A stretch of 64,000 bases of DNA from Eledone cirrhosa (taxonomy: Eukaryota), in the NCBI GenBank assembly GCA_964016885.1, contig OZ024755.1, positions 2,046,001-2,110,000 of the forward strand, written 5' to 3'. Shown here piece after piece: positions 13,090 to 27,229 of the stretch. Positions within the stretch are counted from its first letter, which is position 1. Each line of letters begins with the position of its first letter. The position numbers and the translations under genes were made by a program. The notes under the pieces are model-generated. The model was given only the letters and a program-made list of their open reading frames with translations. It had not been told where the DNA came from and did not search any database.

Positions 13090-13260
13090 ACGTCCCTTTA
13101 TGATCTGAGTTCAAATCCCGCCGAGGTTAACTTTGCCTTTCATCCTTACGGGGTCGATAAAATAAAGTACCAGTAATGTACTGGGCTCAATTTAATTGAC
13201 TTCCCCTCCCCCAAATATTGCTGGCCTTGTGCCTAAAGCAGAAACCATTATTATTATTAT
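13090..13260 (+). mobile_element. 5'-truncated tRNA-derived SINE (S1, longer variant)
   Basis: B-box GAGTTCAAATCCC plus S1 body and ATT tail. Confidence 0.85.
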
Positions 13261-13360
13261 TATTATATTGTATTGAGAGTACTCAATGTAATATGTGTGA
13301 AGTACCTAGTGGTGATATCTTCTATATAACATCCACATACAAATGGATGTTAAAGGACAT

Positions 13361-13392
<32 letters not shown>

Positions 13393-13574
13393 AAAGTACC
13401 AGTCAAGTACTGGGGTCGATTCTTCCTCTTTCTATCTTCTTCCTTCCTCTGGAAGAAATCTGCTGTTCTCAGGCCCAGAGAGGGGTGGGCTCCGCCAAAA
13501 TTAAAATACCTAAGAAACAATGTATGTCAACATGGCGGCCCTACAACTCTATTAGGAGTTACGGGACCATACAT

Positions 13575-13846
<272 letters not shown>

Positions 13847-13898
13847 ATATATATATATATATAAATAAATATATATGTGTGTGTATATATATACATAT

Positions 13899-14098
13899 AT
13901 GAGAAAAACCACAGACCCTCCATCTCAACTCTACTTTTGAAAGGCAGAAGAACTGCGAAACCGGTAAAGGAACCAAATAAATATATATATATTTAAAAAT
14001 AAGACTCCAGTTGCATTTTCGATTTCATCTTTTTTTCTTTATACTTTCACTCGTGTAGGACACCTCGGTTATTTTTCATTTTGTAAAAAAAACCTCAC

Positions 14099-14106
<8 letters not shown>
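13899..14106 (+). mobile_element. Family D ~205-bp element with variant hammerhead, 3' end fused to (TA)n
   Basis: Near-identical to 51261-51468 and 16904-17113; core UUGAAAG-GCAG/CUGC-GAAACCGGUA. Confidence 0.85.
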
Positions 14107-14184
<78 letters not shown>

Positions 14185-14211
14185 CACACATATATATATA
14201 TATGTATACAT

Positions 14212-14345
14212 GCAAAAGGCAAACAGAAATAACAAAGCAAACAACACAGTACAATGAAGAAATACAATATTTTAATACTCAATATAGTAGGAAAAGAGTC
14301 TTTATGTTTCGGACACTAGTCCTTCATCAAAAGGTAGAATAAGAA
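14212..14345 (-). mobile_element. Family A fragment with decayed hammerhead
   Basis: Minus strand UUGAUGAAGGACUAGUGUCCGAAACAUAAAGAC; homologous to 17230-17360 and 40942-41075. Confidence 0.7.
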
Positions 14346-14583
14346 ATGAAACAGAAAGAGAGAAGAGGAAAGAATGGTAAAGATGTTTCAAGAAAAAATG
14401 TGTGTGTATCTTCTTCTTACATCAAACACACACACACACACACACACCTGTACACATGTACACCTGTACTTTTTCAAAGCTCTCCTTAGCCACATAGACA
14501 CACATACTGCATTTCTCTGAGGATCACACACATACATATATATATATACAGACACACATATATATGTATATATATGTACACAG

Positions 14584-14614
<31 letters not shown>

Positions 14615-14633
14615 CATTTATATATATACATAC

Positions 14634-14713
<80 letters not shown>

Positions 14714-14822
14714 CTATATATATACATATATCTATATATATATCTATATATATACATATATATATATCTATATATATACATATATCTATATATATATCTA
14801 TATATATACATATATATATATC

Positions 14823-14854
<32 letters not shown>

Positions 14855-15328
14855 AACACACACACCACCTACATACAATTCACTATTCATAGACAGTCAT
14901 TGATGGGTTTTTTTCTTCTTTATAGGTAATTGAAACCTCAATATACACACATGAGGCAGGTGGTGGGTGTATATATATGTTTGAGTGTATATAGGGGGGA
15001 GGGGGCATTCCCTTACAAGACTCCAATACTAACGATTTTGTATTCTAAAGAAAAAAAAATGTGTTTTCTCTGTTATATACAAAAGTAGCAGTAGATACTG
15101 GTATAGATTGATAATACACTAGTGTGTGTATGTATATATATATACATATATATATATATACACAGACATATATATATATATATATATATTGGAGTGAATC
15201 TCATTTGCTGAATTGGCACCAAGAATTTCGGCAAACAAACCAGCCAGCAGTCTGTTTCAATCTATTTCAAAATACAACCAGAACAGCTACAGAATTTTTT
15301 GTTACATTATAAGTCCTGGTTTTCAAAA

Positions 15329-15367
<39 letters not shown>

Positions 15368-15417
15368 GTATATATATATATATATATATACTAAAATCAA
15401 ATAAATAGTAAAGAAAA

Positions 15418-15451
<34 letters not shown>

Positions 15452-15477
15452 TAAAATCAAATAAATAGTAAAGAAAA

Positions 15478-15511
<34 letters not shown>

Positions 15512-15536
15512 TAAAATCAAATAAATAGTAAAGAAA

Positions 15537-15574
<38 letters not shown>

Positions 15575-16694
15575 CATAGAGAGGAGGAATGAGAGAGGAA
15601 GAGTGAGAGGTAAGAGAGAGAGGGGGGAGTGAGAGAAGTATTATGATTGTTAATACTATTGTTTTTTGGCACCATTATCTTCATGTTATGGAAATCAGAA
15701 CTATTTTTGGTATAAACACCAACAGTTCCATCATCATCATCATCACCATTATTATCATTATTATTATTCCCACCACCACCACCACCACCACCACCAATGT
15801 TGTTAATATTCAGATTACTACCACTACAACTACTACTTCTAACTGGCATCATTATTAGTGCCACTGCCGCTACCAGCACGCCCCACCCACCTCACCACCA
15901 CCACCAATACCATCACCACCAGCTCCCACCACCACCATCGTTGTCATAACATAAAGAAATATGTTATTTCCCCTAGCAGTGCCCCCCCCCCCCCTCCACC
16001 AATGTCTCTAAAGAAGTGGAGAAGGTGTTGGTCCAGCCATCTTAGAACCACCCTCCAAAAACTAGGCCAAAGAGTTTCTTTTTTCAGAATACTTCCAAGT
16101 AAAATATATCTGACTATTAGTGTAGACAGAATAATTGATTAAGGGAGTGTGTTGTTATTGTTGTCATCCATCATGTTTCATTGGAACTGCTGCTGCTGCT
16201 GCTACTACTACTACTACTACTACCACTACTTTTACAAAATCAAACAAATTTCAACAATGAGACCTCCCCCACCTGTTGTTTCAGGTGTCACCTAACATAA
16301 TAGCTCCCCACTTCTAGCCGGGTATAGCTACAAATCTCTGGTGTCACCTAACATAATAGCTCCCCAGTTGTAGCCGGGTATAGCTACAAATCTCTGCAGT
16401 TATATGTCAGCTGTAATTACCACTGGTCTAACATTACCATTCTTTGGTTCTACCATGCAATGTTGCTTATTTTAAAGTGATTATATCTAAAAGTCTTTCC
16501 ATCATAATTTTATGTAAGAACCTTTGTTAAGTTATGTTCCAAACACTAGCTTAATAATGAGAAAGATAGTTATATTACTAAATCTCGCCAAATTTTTTAT
16601 TATTTCAAAAATTATTCAATCCATCCATTATGTATCTATATATCCATCTATGTATCCATCCACGAATCTATTTATCTACCCTCTCTCTCTCTCT

Positions 16695-16776
<82 letters not shown>

Positions 16777-16780
<4 letters not shown>

Positions 16781-17105
16781 AAAAAGGGATGAAATCGAAA
16801 ATGCAACTGAAGTCTTATTTTTTTAAAAAATATATATATTTATTTGGTTCCTTTACCGGTTTCGCAGTTCTTCTGCTTTTCAAAAGGTGAGTTGAGATGG
16901 AGGTGAGAAAAACCACAGACCCTCCATCTCAACTCACCTTTTGAAAAGCAGAAGAACTGCGAAACCGGTAAAGGAACCAAATAAATATATATATTTTTAA
17001 AAAAAATAAGACTTCAGTTGCATTTTCGATTTCATCCCTTTTTCTTTATACTTCCACTCGTGTAGGACACCTCGGTTATTTTTCATTTTGTAAAAAAAAC
17101 CTCAC

Positions 17106-17113
<8 letters not shown>
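16777..17113 (+). mobile_element. Family D element preceded by ~125-bp inverted copy, embedded in (TA)n
   Basis: 16777-16903 is the reverse complement of ~16920-17048; (TA)n on both sides. Confidence 0.88.
16937..16974 (+). ncRNA. Minimal type I hammerhead, U3-A8 core variant (family D)
   Basis: CCUU-UUGAAAA-GCAG(AAGAA)CUGC-GAAA-CCGG-UA-AAGG; ACCGGU palindromic stem III; mirror copy on the minus strand at ~16850-16887. Confidence 0.7.
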
Positions 17114-17137
<24 letters not shown>

Positions 17138-17239
17138 TACAAGAAATGTCAACATGAATTAACCTATTATTTTTATATAAAGACGTTTTTTCCAATTCCA
17201 CCCCACCCGTCCCCTCAATCTATCTTATTTATCATTCTT

Positions 17240-17275
17240 TCTTCTGATGAAGGACTAGCGTCCGAAACGTTAAGA
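17240..17275 (+). ncRNA. Minimal type I hammerhead (family A)
   Basis: UCUU-CUGAUGA-a-GGAC(UAGC)GUCC-GAAACGUU-AAGA; AACGUU palindrome typical of dimeric minimal hammerheads. Confidence 0.8.
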
Positions 17276-17356
17276 CCCTCTTCCTGCTATATCAAGTGTT
17301 AACCTAATATATCCCTTCCATGTACTGTACCGATTGTGTTGTTATTTCTGTTTACC

Positions 17357-17392
<36 letters not shown>

Positions 17393-18333
17393 ACTCACAT
17401 ATATATCTTCATACCAACAAACAGCCATATTTATAGACAGACTATACAATTGATGGACTGTACATACTTATAGGTAAATGAATAGATTGATAAAACAACT
17501 TAATAAAGCTTCACATACACACACACACTACACACACACAAATATGTACTCACACCACATATATACACTCACACCACACACATGAAACAACTCGATAAAG
17601 CTCCACACACACACACACACACACACCACACTTCACACACACACACTTCAAGTACACACATCACACACTTCACACACATCACTCACCCTCACACACACAC
17701 ACTTGAGTGTAATTCAACCACAAACATCAATCAATGAATGTGTATTTATTTATTCATTTATCTTTTAGTTTGATCAAAGTAAAATGTATATTGGCGACTG
17801 TTTTCGGCAATTAGCCACGATTTGATAAGCAGACAACGAGTGGGGGGGGGGGGGGGCTGACACAGAATAAACAGAGTGTTCAAATATATACTTCCGTGGC
17901 GCTCTTCCCAATAGCCAGACTTTAGTTAATTCCTACCAACTCTTTATATCTTGTGGCAACATTACAGCTACTGGCAAGGAGGAATTGGTCAGTTATAGAG
18001 TCTGGTCTCTTTTGGTGGATAGAGAGAGAGAGAGAGTGAGAGAGGGATGGGGGGGGGGGTAGAGAGACAGAGATATAGATAGAGGGAGAGGATAAGAGAT
18101 AGAGATAGGGGGGGGGTAGAGAGACAGAGAGGTAAAGAGGTAGAGGATAAGAGAAAGAGATAGAGGGATAAAGGATAGATAGATAGAGAGAGATAGAATT
18201 AGAAATGTAGAGGTAAAGAGACAATGAAAGAGAGGTAGAGATAGAGACAGTGAAAGAGAGAGAGAGAGAGAGAGATAGAATTAGAAATGTAGAGGTAAAG
18301 AGACAATGAAAGAGAGGTAGAGATAGAGACAGT

Positions 18334-18417
<84 letters not shown>

Positions 18418-18573
18418 TGTATGCGTATTGTTGGTAATGGTTCAGAGACACAAGACAAAAAGAAGAAGAAAAAAAAGTCAGAAAATTCAAAACTAATGAA
18501 GAGGAAGCAATTTAGTCTGATCTCTAGTTTCGGACTTTTTATAAGTAGAGTTTTCATTTAGTTTTCTTAAGGA

Positions 18574-18646
<73 letters not shown>

Positions 18647-19704
18647 GGCAGTGGTGGGTGAGAAGGTTACAAAAATGGAGACAACAACAACAACAACAAC
18701 AGCAGCAGCAGCAAAACAAGTATTTCGTGCTACCTTTTAAATACAAAATCTTTGTTGTTTTTGTCGTCCATTTTCTCTGTCCTTCTCTTTCCCTCTCTCT
18801 CAGCTCTCACCAATCAATAATGCCGATATAGGCAGTAATCGCAACACATGTGCAATTCAATCTTGTATGGAACCAAATGACCATTTTACGGCGAGAAAAT
18901 ATCTATGAAAAATTCACACTGACATTCTTTGAAGTATTTTTAGCTAAAAGATATATGTAATAAAATGTTTATATATATATATATAAAAAATAAAAATGTA
19001 TATATATATATATATATGTGTGTGTATACATATATATATATATATAAAATAAAAATGTATGTATATATATATATATATATGCATATATATATAAAATAAA
19101 AATGTATGGATATATATATATATGTTTGAAAATATATATGCTTCAATATATTTGTGTATTTTATATTCACTCACACACACACAAACTGTTATGGTGATAA
19201 AGTACAGATGATCTATTAAATATCCTCATGTATATATAAAGAGTGTATATATAAATACTGTATATATAAAGATGTCAGGCATTAAAGTTGTAACAAAAAT
19301 CTTCAAAAGGAGGAATTATAATAACAAAAAAACAAACAAACACAACAATGACCCCTAATAGAGGGCAGTTGAAAAAGATAAATAAGAAAAAAAACTGCCA
19401 TGAATCTCAATGACTCTTCAACAGATGTCCATTCTTTATAGATTCTACTTTAAAAGTTTCATAGAAACCAAGAGAAATTTGATGTATTCAATTGATCAGT
19501 TCTGAATAGTAGCAGTCTGATCTCTCAATAAATTCCTTATCACTTTTACAATATGGAACAGATCAAATAAGCAGGAAGCTGATATAGTCACCTTACAATG
19601 CTGAAAGTAGTAGCTAAATATTTCCTCCTCAACAAACTTTTTTTTTTCTGTTTTTCATTGGAAACCACAAGAGAAAGATATACAAACTGAGAGAATTCTG
19701 TGTT

Positions 19705-20035
19705 CTGGCACCACACTCTTCCTGTCTTGATGTGGTCCACATCTGGTACATCTGGCACCACAATCTTCCTGTCTTGCAGTGGTAAGGTATACATCTCAGA
19801 CAAGACAGGTAGTGACACCTTTTTGCAGTGGAAACAGGAAGATTGTGGTGCCAGATGTACCAGATGTGGACCACAGCAAGCCAGGAAGAGTGTGGTACCA
19901 CATGTACCAGATGTGGACCACAGCAAGCCAGGAAGAGTGTGGTGCCAGCTGTACCAGATGTGGACCACATCAAGCCAGGAAGAGTGTGGTGCCAGCTGTA
20001 CCAGATGTGGACCACATCAAGCCAGGAAGATTGTG
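19705..20035. repeat. 47-bp minisatellite present in both orientations
   Basis: ~4.3 units at 19834-20035; ~1.5 reverse-complement units at 19705-19772. Confidence 0.85.
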
Positions 20036-21289
20036 TCTCAGTTTAGTGCCACGGAAAGAGATCTTATAACCTTCTAGGGTGGAGGTTTGTTTGTTATCTT
20101 CTCATTCTGTTTATGGGAGGGAGAGAGAGAGAGAGAGAGAGAGAGGGGGGAGAGGGAGAGCTAGACAGAGAGAGAGAGAGAGAGCTAGAGAGAGATTATA
20201 CACAGTTTTTGGTAGGTTGGCATGGTGACCTATTCAAACAAGACAATCTCTCAATCATTACAGACCAATATTGTTGTTGTTTCCATTATAAGAATCTTTA
20301 TTATTAATATTGTTATTAGCTTCATTAATACCACCACCACCACCACCACCACCACCACCACTATCACCACCACCACCACCACTACCACTACTACCACCAC
20401 TATCACTACTACCACCACCACCACTACTACCACCACCACCACTACCACCACCACCACCACCGCCACCACCACCACCGCCACTATTGCTATCAACTCCATC
20501 ATTATTGTTTGATCCAGCTATCTCATTTCCGTTCAACTGTTAATATTGGTTTTGATGGGTAGAGATGATAAATTTGGTTGCATTAACTGTGGTAACCTAG
20601 CGCTGCTGTTGCACCAGTTGAAGGCCCAGCGGTCGCTTCACAACCTTGCCACCAACAACAACAACAACAGCAGCAACAACATCTCACACACTGATATCAC
20701 AATAATGATATTTTCTGGGGAGAGAAACAATTACAAGTCTGTGTGATGTCACAACAGTTGCAGTTCATTGGTAAATATTAGGGAGAGAGGGGGAGAGAGA
20801 GAGAGTGGAGAGGAGAGAGTGGAGAGAGGGAGAGAGTGGAGAGAGAGAGAGTGGAGAGGGGGAGAGAGAGCTGTGTTTATCTTCCACACATGGAGACCTA
20901 CACCTACTTAGATACGCACACACACACACACGCCTACGTAGACATGCACACATACACACTAGATAGAAAAATACATACACAAACCTATATAGATACAAAC
21001 ACACACCAACATAAATACACACACATACAGTGTGACACACCTGCGCACATAAACACACACACACACACATACATACATACACACACACAAACACACCCAT
21101 GGTAAATAACAAACAGCCTGGCTGATCAAATGATCCAACACTATTTCTATCTACCACTGCGTTACAAACTACACACCACAAACTACACACCACACTCTAC
21201 ACACCACAGACTACACATCATACATCATAAACTAAACACCACACTCTACACATCAAACACCACCACATACCCCACACTACACACCACCA

Positions 21290-23031
21290 CATACACCACA
21301 CTACACACCACCACACTACACACCACCACACTACACACCACCACTCTACACACCACCACTCTACACACCACCACTCTACACACCACCACACTACACACGA
21401 CCACACTACACACCACCACTCTACACACCACCACTCTACACACGACCACTCTACACACCACCACTCTACACACCACCACTCTACACACGACCACTCTACA
21501 CACCACCACTCTACACACCACCACTCTACACACCACCACTCTACACACCACCACTCTACACACCACCACTCTACACACCACCACTCTACACACCACCACA
21601 CTACACACCACCACTCTACACACCACCACACTACACACCACCACTCTACACACCACCACTCTACACACCACCACTCTACACACCACCACTCTACACACCA
21701 CCACACTACACACCACCACTCTACACACCACCACTCTACACACCACCACTCTACACACCACCACTCTACACACCACCACTCTACACACCACCACTCTACA
21801 CACCACCACTACACACCACCACACTACACACCACCACTCTACACACCACCACTCTACACACCACCACACTACACACCACCACACTACACACCACCACTCT
21901 ACACACCACCACTCTACACACCACCACTCTACACACCACCACTCTACACACCACCACTCTACACACCACCACTCTACACACCACCACTCTACACACCACC
22001 ACACTACACACCACCACTCTACACACCACCACTCTACACCACCACCACTCTACACCACCACACTACACACCACCACTCTACACACCACCACTCTACACAC
22101 CACCACACTACACACCACCACTCTACACACCACCACACTACACACCACCACTCTACACACCACCACTCTACACACCACCACTCTACACACCACCACTCTA
22201 CACACCACCACTCTACACACCACCACACTACACACCACCACACTACACACCACCACTCTACACACCACCACTCTACACACCACCACACTACACACCACCA
22301 CTCTACACACCACCACTCTACACACCACCACACTACACACCACCACTCTACACACCACCACTCTACACACCACCACTCTACACACCACCACTCTACACAC
22401 CACCACTCTACACACCACCACACTACACACCACCACTCTACACACCACCACACTACACACCACCACTCTACACACCACCACTCTACACACCACCACTCTA
22501 CACACCACCACTCTACACACCACCACACTACACACCACCACTCTACACACCACCACACTACACACCACCACTCTACACACCACCACTCTACACACCACCA
22601 CTCTACACACCACCACTCTACACACCACCACACTACACACCACCACTCTACACACCACCACTCTACACACCACCACACTACACACCACCACACTACACAC
22701 CACCACTCTACACACCACCACTCTACACACCACCACTCTACACACCACCACTCTACACACCACCACTCTACACACCACCACTCTACACACCACCACTCTA
22801 CACACCACCACACTACACACCACCACTCTACACACCACCACTCTACACACCACCACTCTACACACCACCACTCTACACACCACCACTCTACACACCACCA
22901 CTCTACACACCACCACACTACACACCACCACTCTACACACCACCACTCTACACACCACCACTCTACACACCACCACACTACACACCACCACTCTACACAC
23001 CACCACACTACACACCACCACTCTACACACC
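21290..23031. repeat. 15-bp minisatellite, ~115 copies
   Basis: (CTACACACCACCAC(T/A))n; yields the spurious HTTTL ORF. Confidence 0.97.
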
Positions 23032-23104
23032 ACAGACTATAAAATGTAATATCATAATATAATACATCCTGTTACACTGCATAATTCTCCCCCAATGATG
23101 CTAT

Positions 23105-24115
23105 ATATATAGTGTTGACAAGGGTGTATAATATATAGTGTTGACAAGGGTGTATAATATATAGTGTTGACAAGGGTGTATAATATATAGTGTTGACAAG
23201 GGTATATAATATATAGTGTTGACAAGGGTATATAATATATAGTGTTGACAAGGGTGTATAATATATAGTGTTGACAAGGGTGTATAATATATAGTGTTGA
23301 CAAGGGTGTATAATATATAGTGTTGACAAGGGTGTATAATATATAGTGTTGACAAGGGTGTATAATATATAGTGTTGACAAGGGTATATAATATATAGTG
23401 TTGACAAGGGTGTATAATATATAGTGTTGACAAGGGTGTATAATATATAGTGTTGACAAGGGTGTATAATATATAGTGTTGACAAGGGTGTATAATATAT
23501 AGTGTTGACAAGGGTGTATAATATATAGTGTTGACAAGGGTGTATAATATATAGTGTTGACAAGGGTATATAATATATAGTGTTGACAAGGGTGTATAAT
23601 ATATAGTGTTGACAAGGGTGTATAATATATAGTGTTGACAAGGGTGTATAATATATAGTGTTGACAAGGGTGTATAATATATAGTGTTGACAAGGGTGTA
23701 TAATATATAGTGTTGACAAGGGTATATAATATATAGTGTTGACAAGGGTGTATAATATATAGTGTTGACAAGGGTGTATAATATATAGTGTTGACAAGGG
23801 TGTATAATATATAGTGTTGACAAGGGTGTATAATATATAGTGTTGACAAGGGTGTATAATATATAGTGTTGACAAGGGTGTATAATATATAGTGTTGACA
23901 AGGGTATATAATATATAGTGTTGACAAGGGTGTATAATATATAGTGTTGACAAGGGTGTATAATATATAGTGTTGACAAGGGTGTATAATATATAGTGTT
24001 GACAAGGGTGTATAATATATAGTGTTGACAAGGGTGTATAATATATAGTGTTGACAAGGGTGTATAATATATAGTGTTGACAAGGGTGTATAATATATAG
24101 TGTTGACAAGGGTGT
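23105..24115. repeat. 26-bp minisatellite, ~39 copies
   Basis: ATATATAGTGTTGACAAGGGT(G/A)TATA. Confidence 0.97.
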
Positions 24116-24144
24116 TTAAAGTTATGACAATATCTACAATGATG

Positions 24145-24195
<51 letters not shown>

Positions 24196-24282
24196 CATAT
24201 ATATACACACATATATATATATATAGGGTTGACAAGGATGTATAAAGTTATGACAATATCTACACTGATGATATATATAGAG

Positions 24283-24590
24283 GGTTGACAGTGATGTTGA
24301 CATGTGATGACAGTGGTGATGTTGTTGACAGTGATGACAGTGGTGATGTTGACAGTGATGATGACATGTGATGACGGTGATGTTGACACGTGATGACAGT
24401 GATGATGATATTGAGAGTGATGTTGACAGTGATGATGACATGTGATGACGATGATGTTGACATGTGATGACTGATGATGATGTTGACAGTGATGATGACT
24501 GATGATGATGTTGACAGTGATGATGACATGTGATGATGGTGATGTTGACATGTGATGATGGTGATGTTGACATGTGATGATGTTGATGTT
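24283..24590. repeat. Cryptic GTTGACA/TGATGA repeat
   Basis: Shuffled GATGTTGACA(T/G)GTGATGA modules. Confidence 0.8.
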
Positions 24591-25122
24591 GTTTTAGATA
24601 ACTATATTGATGCTGTCAGTGATTAAGACATCTGCAATGAATGAACACCACAACACCAACACAACACAACACAAATATCAACATCAAGGCAAGCATGATT
24701 AATTTGATATGATAAAGGCATACTAATGAAAGTAAAGACACTCACAAACACACACAAACACACACACACAAACAAACACAAACAAACACAAACAAACACA
24801 CTCATAAACACACACTCACACACACACTCACAAACATGTATGCACAGATGCACTGTTATATCCTCGACAAGAATATTATATTGCCACCATGACAGTTAAT
24901 CCTAACAGCAGCAGGAAGGGATCAACAACAACAACAGCAGCAGGAAGGGATCAACAACAACAACAACAGCAGCAGGAAGGGATCAACAACAACAACAGTA
25001 GCAGGAAGGGATCAACCCCTACCCATCACAGCCCCACTTTGTTTTTCAGCTATTTTCTCCATTAGTAACGGAATACTTCATTTCAAAAATGAACGAGAGA
25101 TAGAATGGAGAAATACACAAAA

Positions 25123-25475
25123 TGGTGTTGGTGGGTCTATGGTAACATTGTCAGTGGTGTTGGTGGGTCTATGGTAACATTGTCAGTGGTGTTGGTGGGT
25201 CTATGGTAACATTGTCAGTGGTGTTGGTGGGTCTATGGTAACATTGTCAGTGGTGTTGGTGGGTCTATGGTAACATTGTCAGTGGTGTTGGTGGGTATAT
25301 GGTAACATTGTTAGTGGTGTTGTTGAGTCTATGGTAACATTGTCAGTGGTGTTGGTGGGTATATGGTAACATTGTCAGTGGTGTTGGTGGGTCTATGGTA
25401 ACATCAGTGGTGTTGGTGGGTCTATGGTAACATCAGTGGTGTTGGTGGGTCTATGGTAACATCAGTGGTGTTGGT
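25123..25475. repeat. 32/29-bp minisatellite, ~11 copies
   Basis: TGGTGTTGGTGGGTCTATGGTAACATTGTCAG. Confidence 0.93.
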
Positions 25476-25848
25476 ATTGGTGGGTTTATCTTGGCATTAA
25501 TGGTGTTTCTTTCTGGTGATGTCCACTATAGGAAGGTAACATGACCTCTACTACCATTCACATTCCCTCCATTATACACCACACTGCTCCATAACAACCT
25601 CACAATACCACCATTGAACACTTACTAACATAACAACCAAGCAACCACTGTTGTCAGCTTTAAAACCCCTGATAACAGACAGCCAAATCTTCAAATAATG
25701 CCCTCCCTTTAAGTGTACCTGATGATATAATCCTGGATATAAGACAAGAAATAAGATAGTGTGACTGTCGTTTCAATGCTGGACAAATGATATAAGTTCA
25801 CTACACAGTATTTATTGTTTTCTCTAACACTTGTATGGCTGTGTAACG

Positions 25849-26469
25849 AAGAGGGCTGCTTCACAACAACATAGTTTGATATGTAAATAAGAGGGCTGCT
25901 TCACAACAACATAGTTTGATATGTAAATAAGAGGGCTGCTTCACAACAACATAGTTTGATATGTAGATAAGAGGGCTGCTTCACAACAACATAGTTTGAT
26001 ATGTAGATAAGAGGGCTGCTTCACAACAACATAGTTTGATATGTAGATAAGAGGGCTGCTTCACAACAACATAGTTTGATATGTAGATAAGAGGGCTGCT
26101 TCACAACAACATAGTTTGATATGTAGATAAGAGGGCTGCTTCACAACAACATAGTTTGATATGTAGATAAGAGGGCTGCTTCACAACAGCATAGTTTGAT
26201 ATGTAGATAAGAGGGCTGCTTCACAACAACATAGTTTGATATGTAAATAAGAGGGCTGCTTCACAACAGCATAGTTTGATATGTAGATAAGAGGGCTGCT
26301 TCACAACAACATAGTTTGATATGTAAATAAGAGGGCTGCTTCACAACAACATAGTTTGATATGTAGATAAGAGGGCTGCTTCACAACAACATAGTTTGAT
26401 ATGTAAATAAGAGGGCTGCTTCACAACAGCATAGTTTGATATGTAAATAAGAGGGCTGCTTCACAACAA
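25849..26469. repeat. 40-bp minisatellite, ~15.5 copies
   Basis: AAGAGGGCTGCTTCACAACAACATAGTTTGATATGTAGAT. Confidence 0.96.
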
Positions 26470-27229
26470 GCCCACATGCTGGCCACCCTGCAGCCCCGGC
26501 AGACAGAATAGAGAAGCCGTTTCCTTGGAGATTGGTGAGGGACGTGTTGGAAAAGCAGAATATTACTATTATGAGATGACTGCTTCTACTATCACCATCA
26601 CCACCATCACCACCATCACCATCATCACCATCAATAGTATAGTAATCACCATCACCACCATCACCACCATCACCATCAATAATATAGTAATCACCATCAC
26701 CACCACCATCATCTCCATCAATAATATAGTAATCACCATCACCACCACCATCATCTCCATCAATAATATAGTAATCACCATCACCATCAATAAGAGTAAA
26801 TAATCATGTGGTAGAGATTACAAAGACAAGGTTCACCCCTCCTCCCCCAGTGTTGTTATGTCACTGTATGGTGTGAAGGTCACCACGAGATTAATGTAGG
26901 GCTGGCTTTGTAGGGATTAAAGGGAGAGGGGGAGGTGACAAGGGAGAGGAGGTGACAAGGGGGAGGGGGGTGACAAGGGAGAATGGGAGGTGACAAGGGA
27001 GAGGGGGAGGTGACAAGGGGGTAGGGGAGAGGACAAGAGAGAGGAAGGAGAGAGGAAGTAAAAGAGAAGACTAGAGTCTCCAATTGCCATTCCTCCTTCT
27101 GGTTAAGAAGATAATCCTGTGGACTTGAGATGCTGTGAGTTAGGGGGGGGGGGGGTGATAGAGATAGAGATAGAGAGATGTATGATAGAGAGAAAAAATA
27201 CATTTGATGAATTATTGTGATAGTAAACC

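Noticed and set aside
21130-24573. Long ORFs (639, 499, 490 aa)
   Set aside because: Translations of 15- and 26-bp minisatellites, open in several frames and on both strands; no splice or domain evidence
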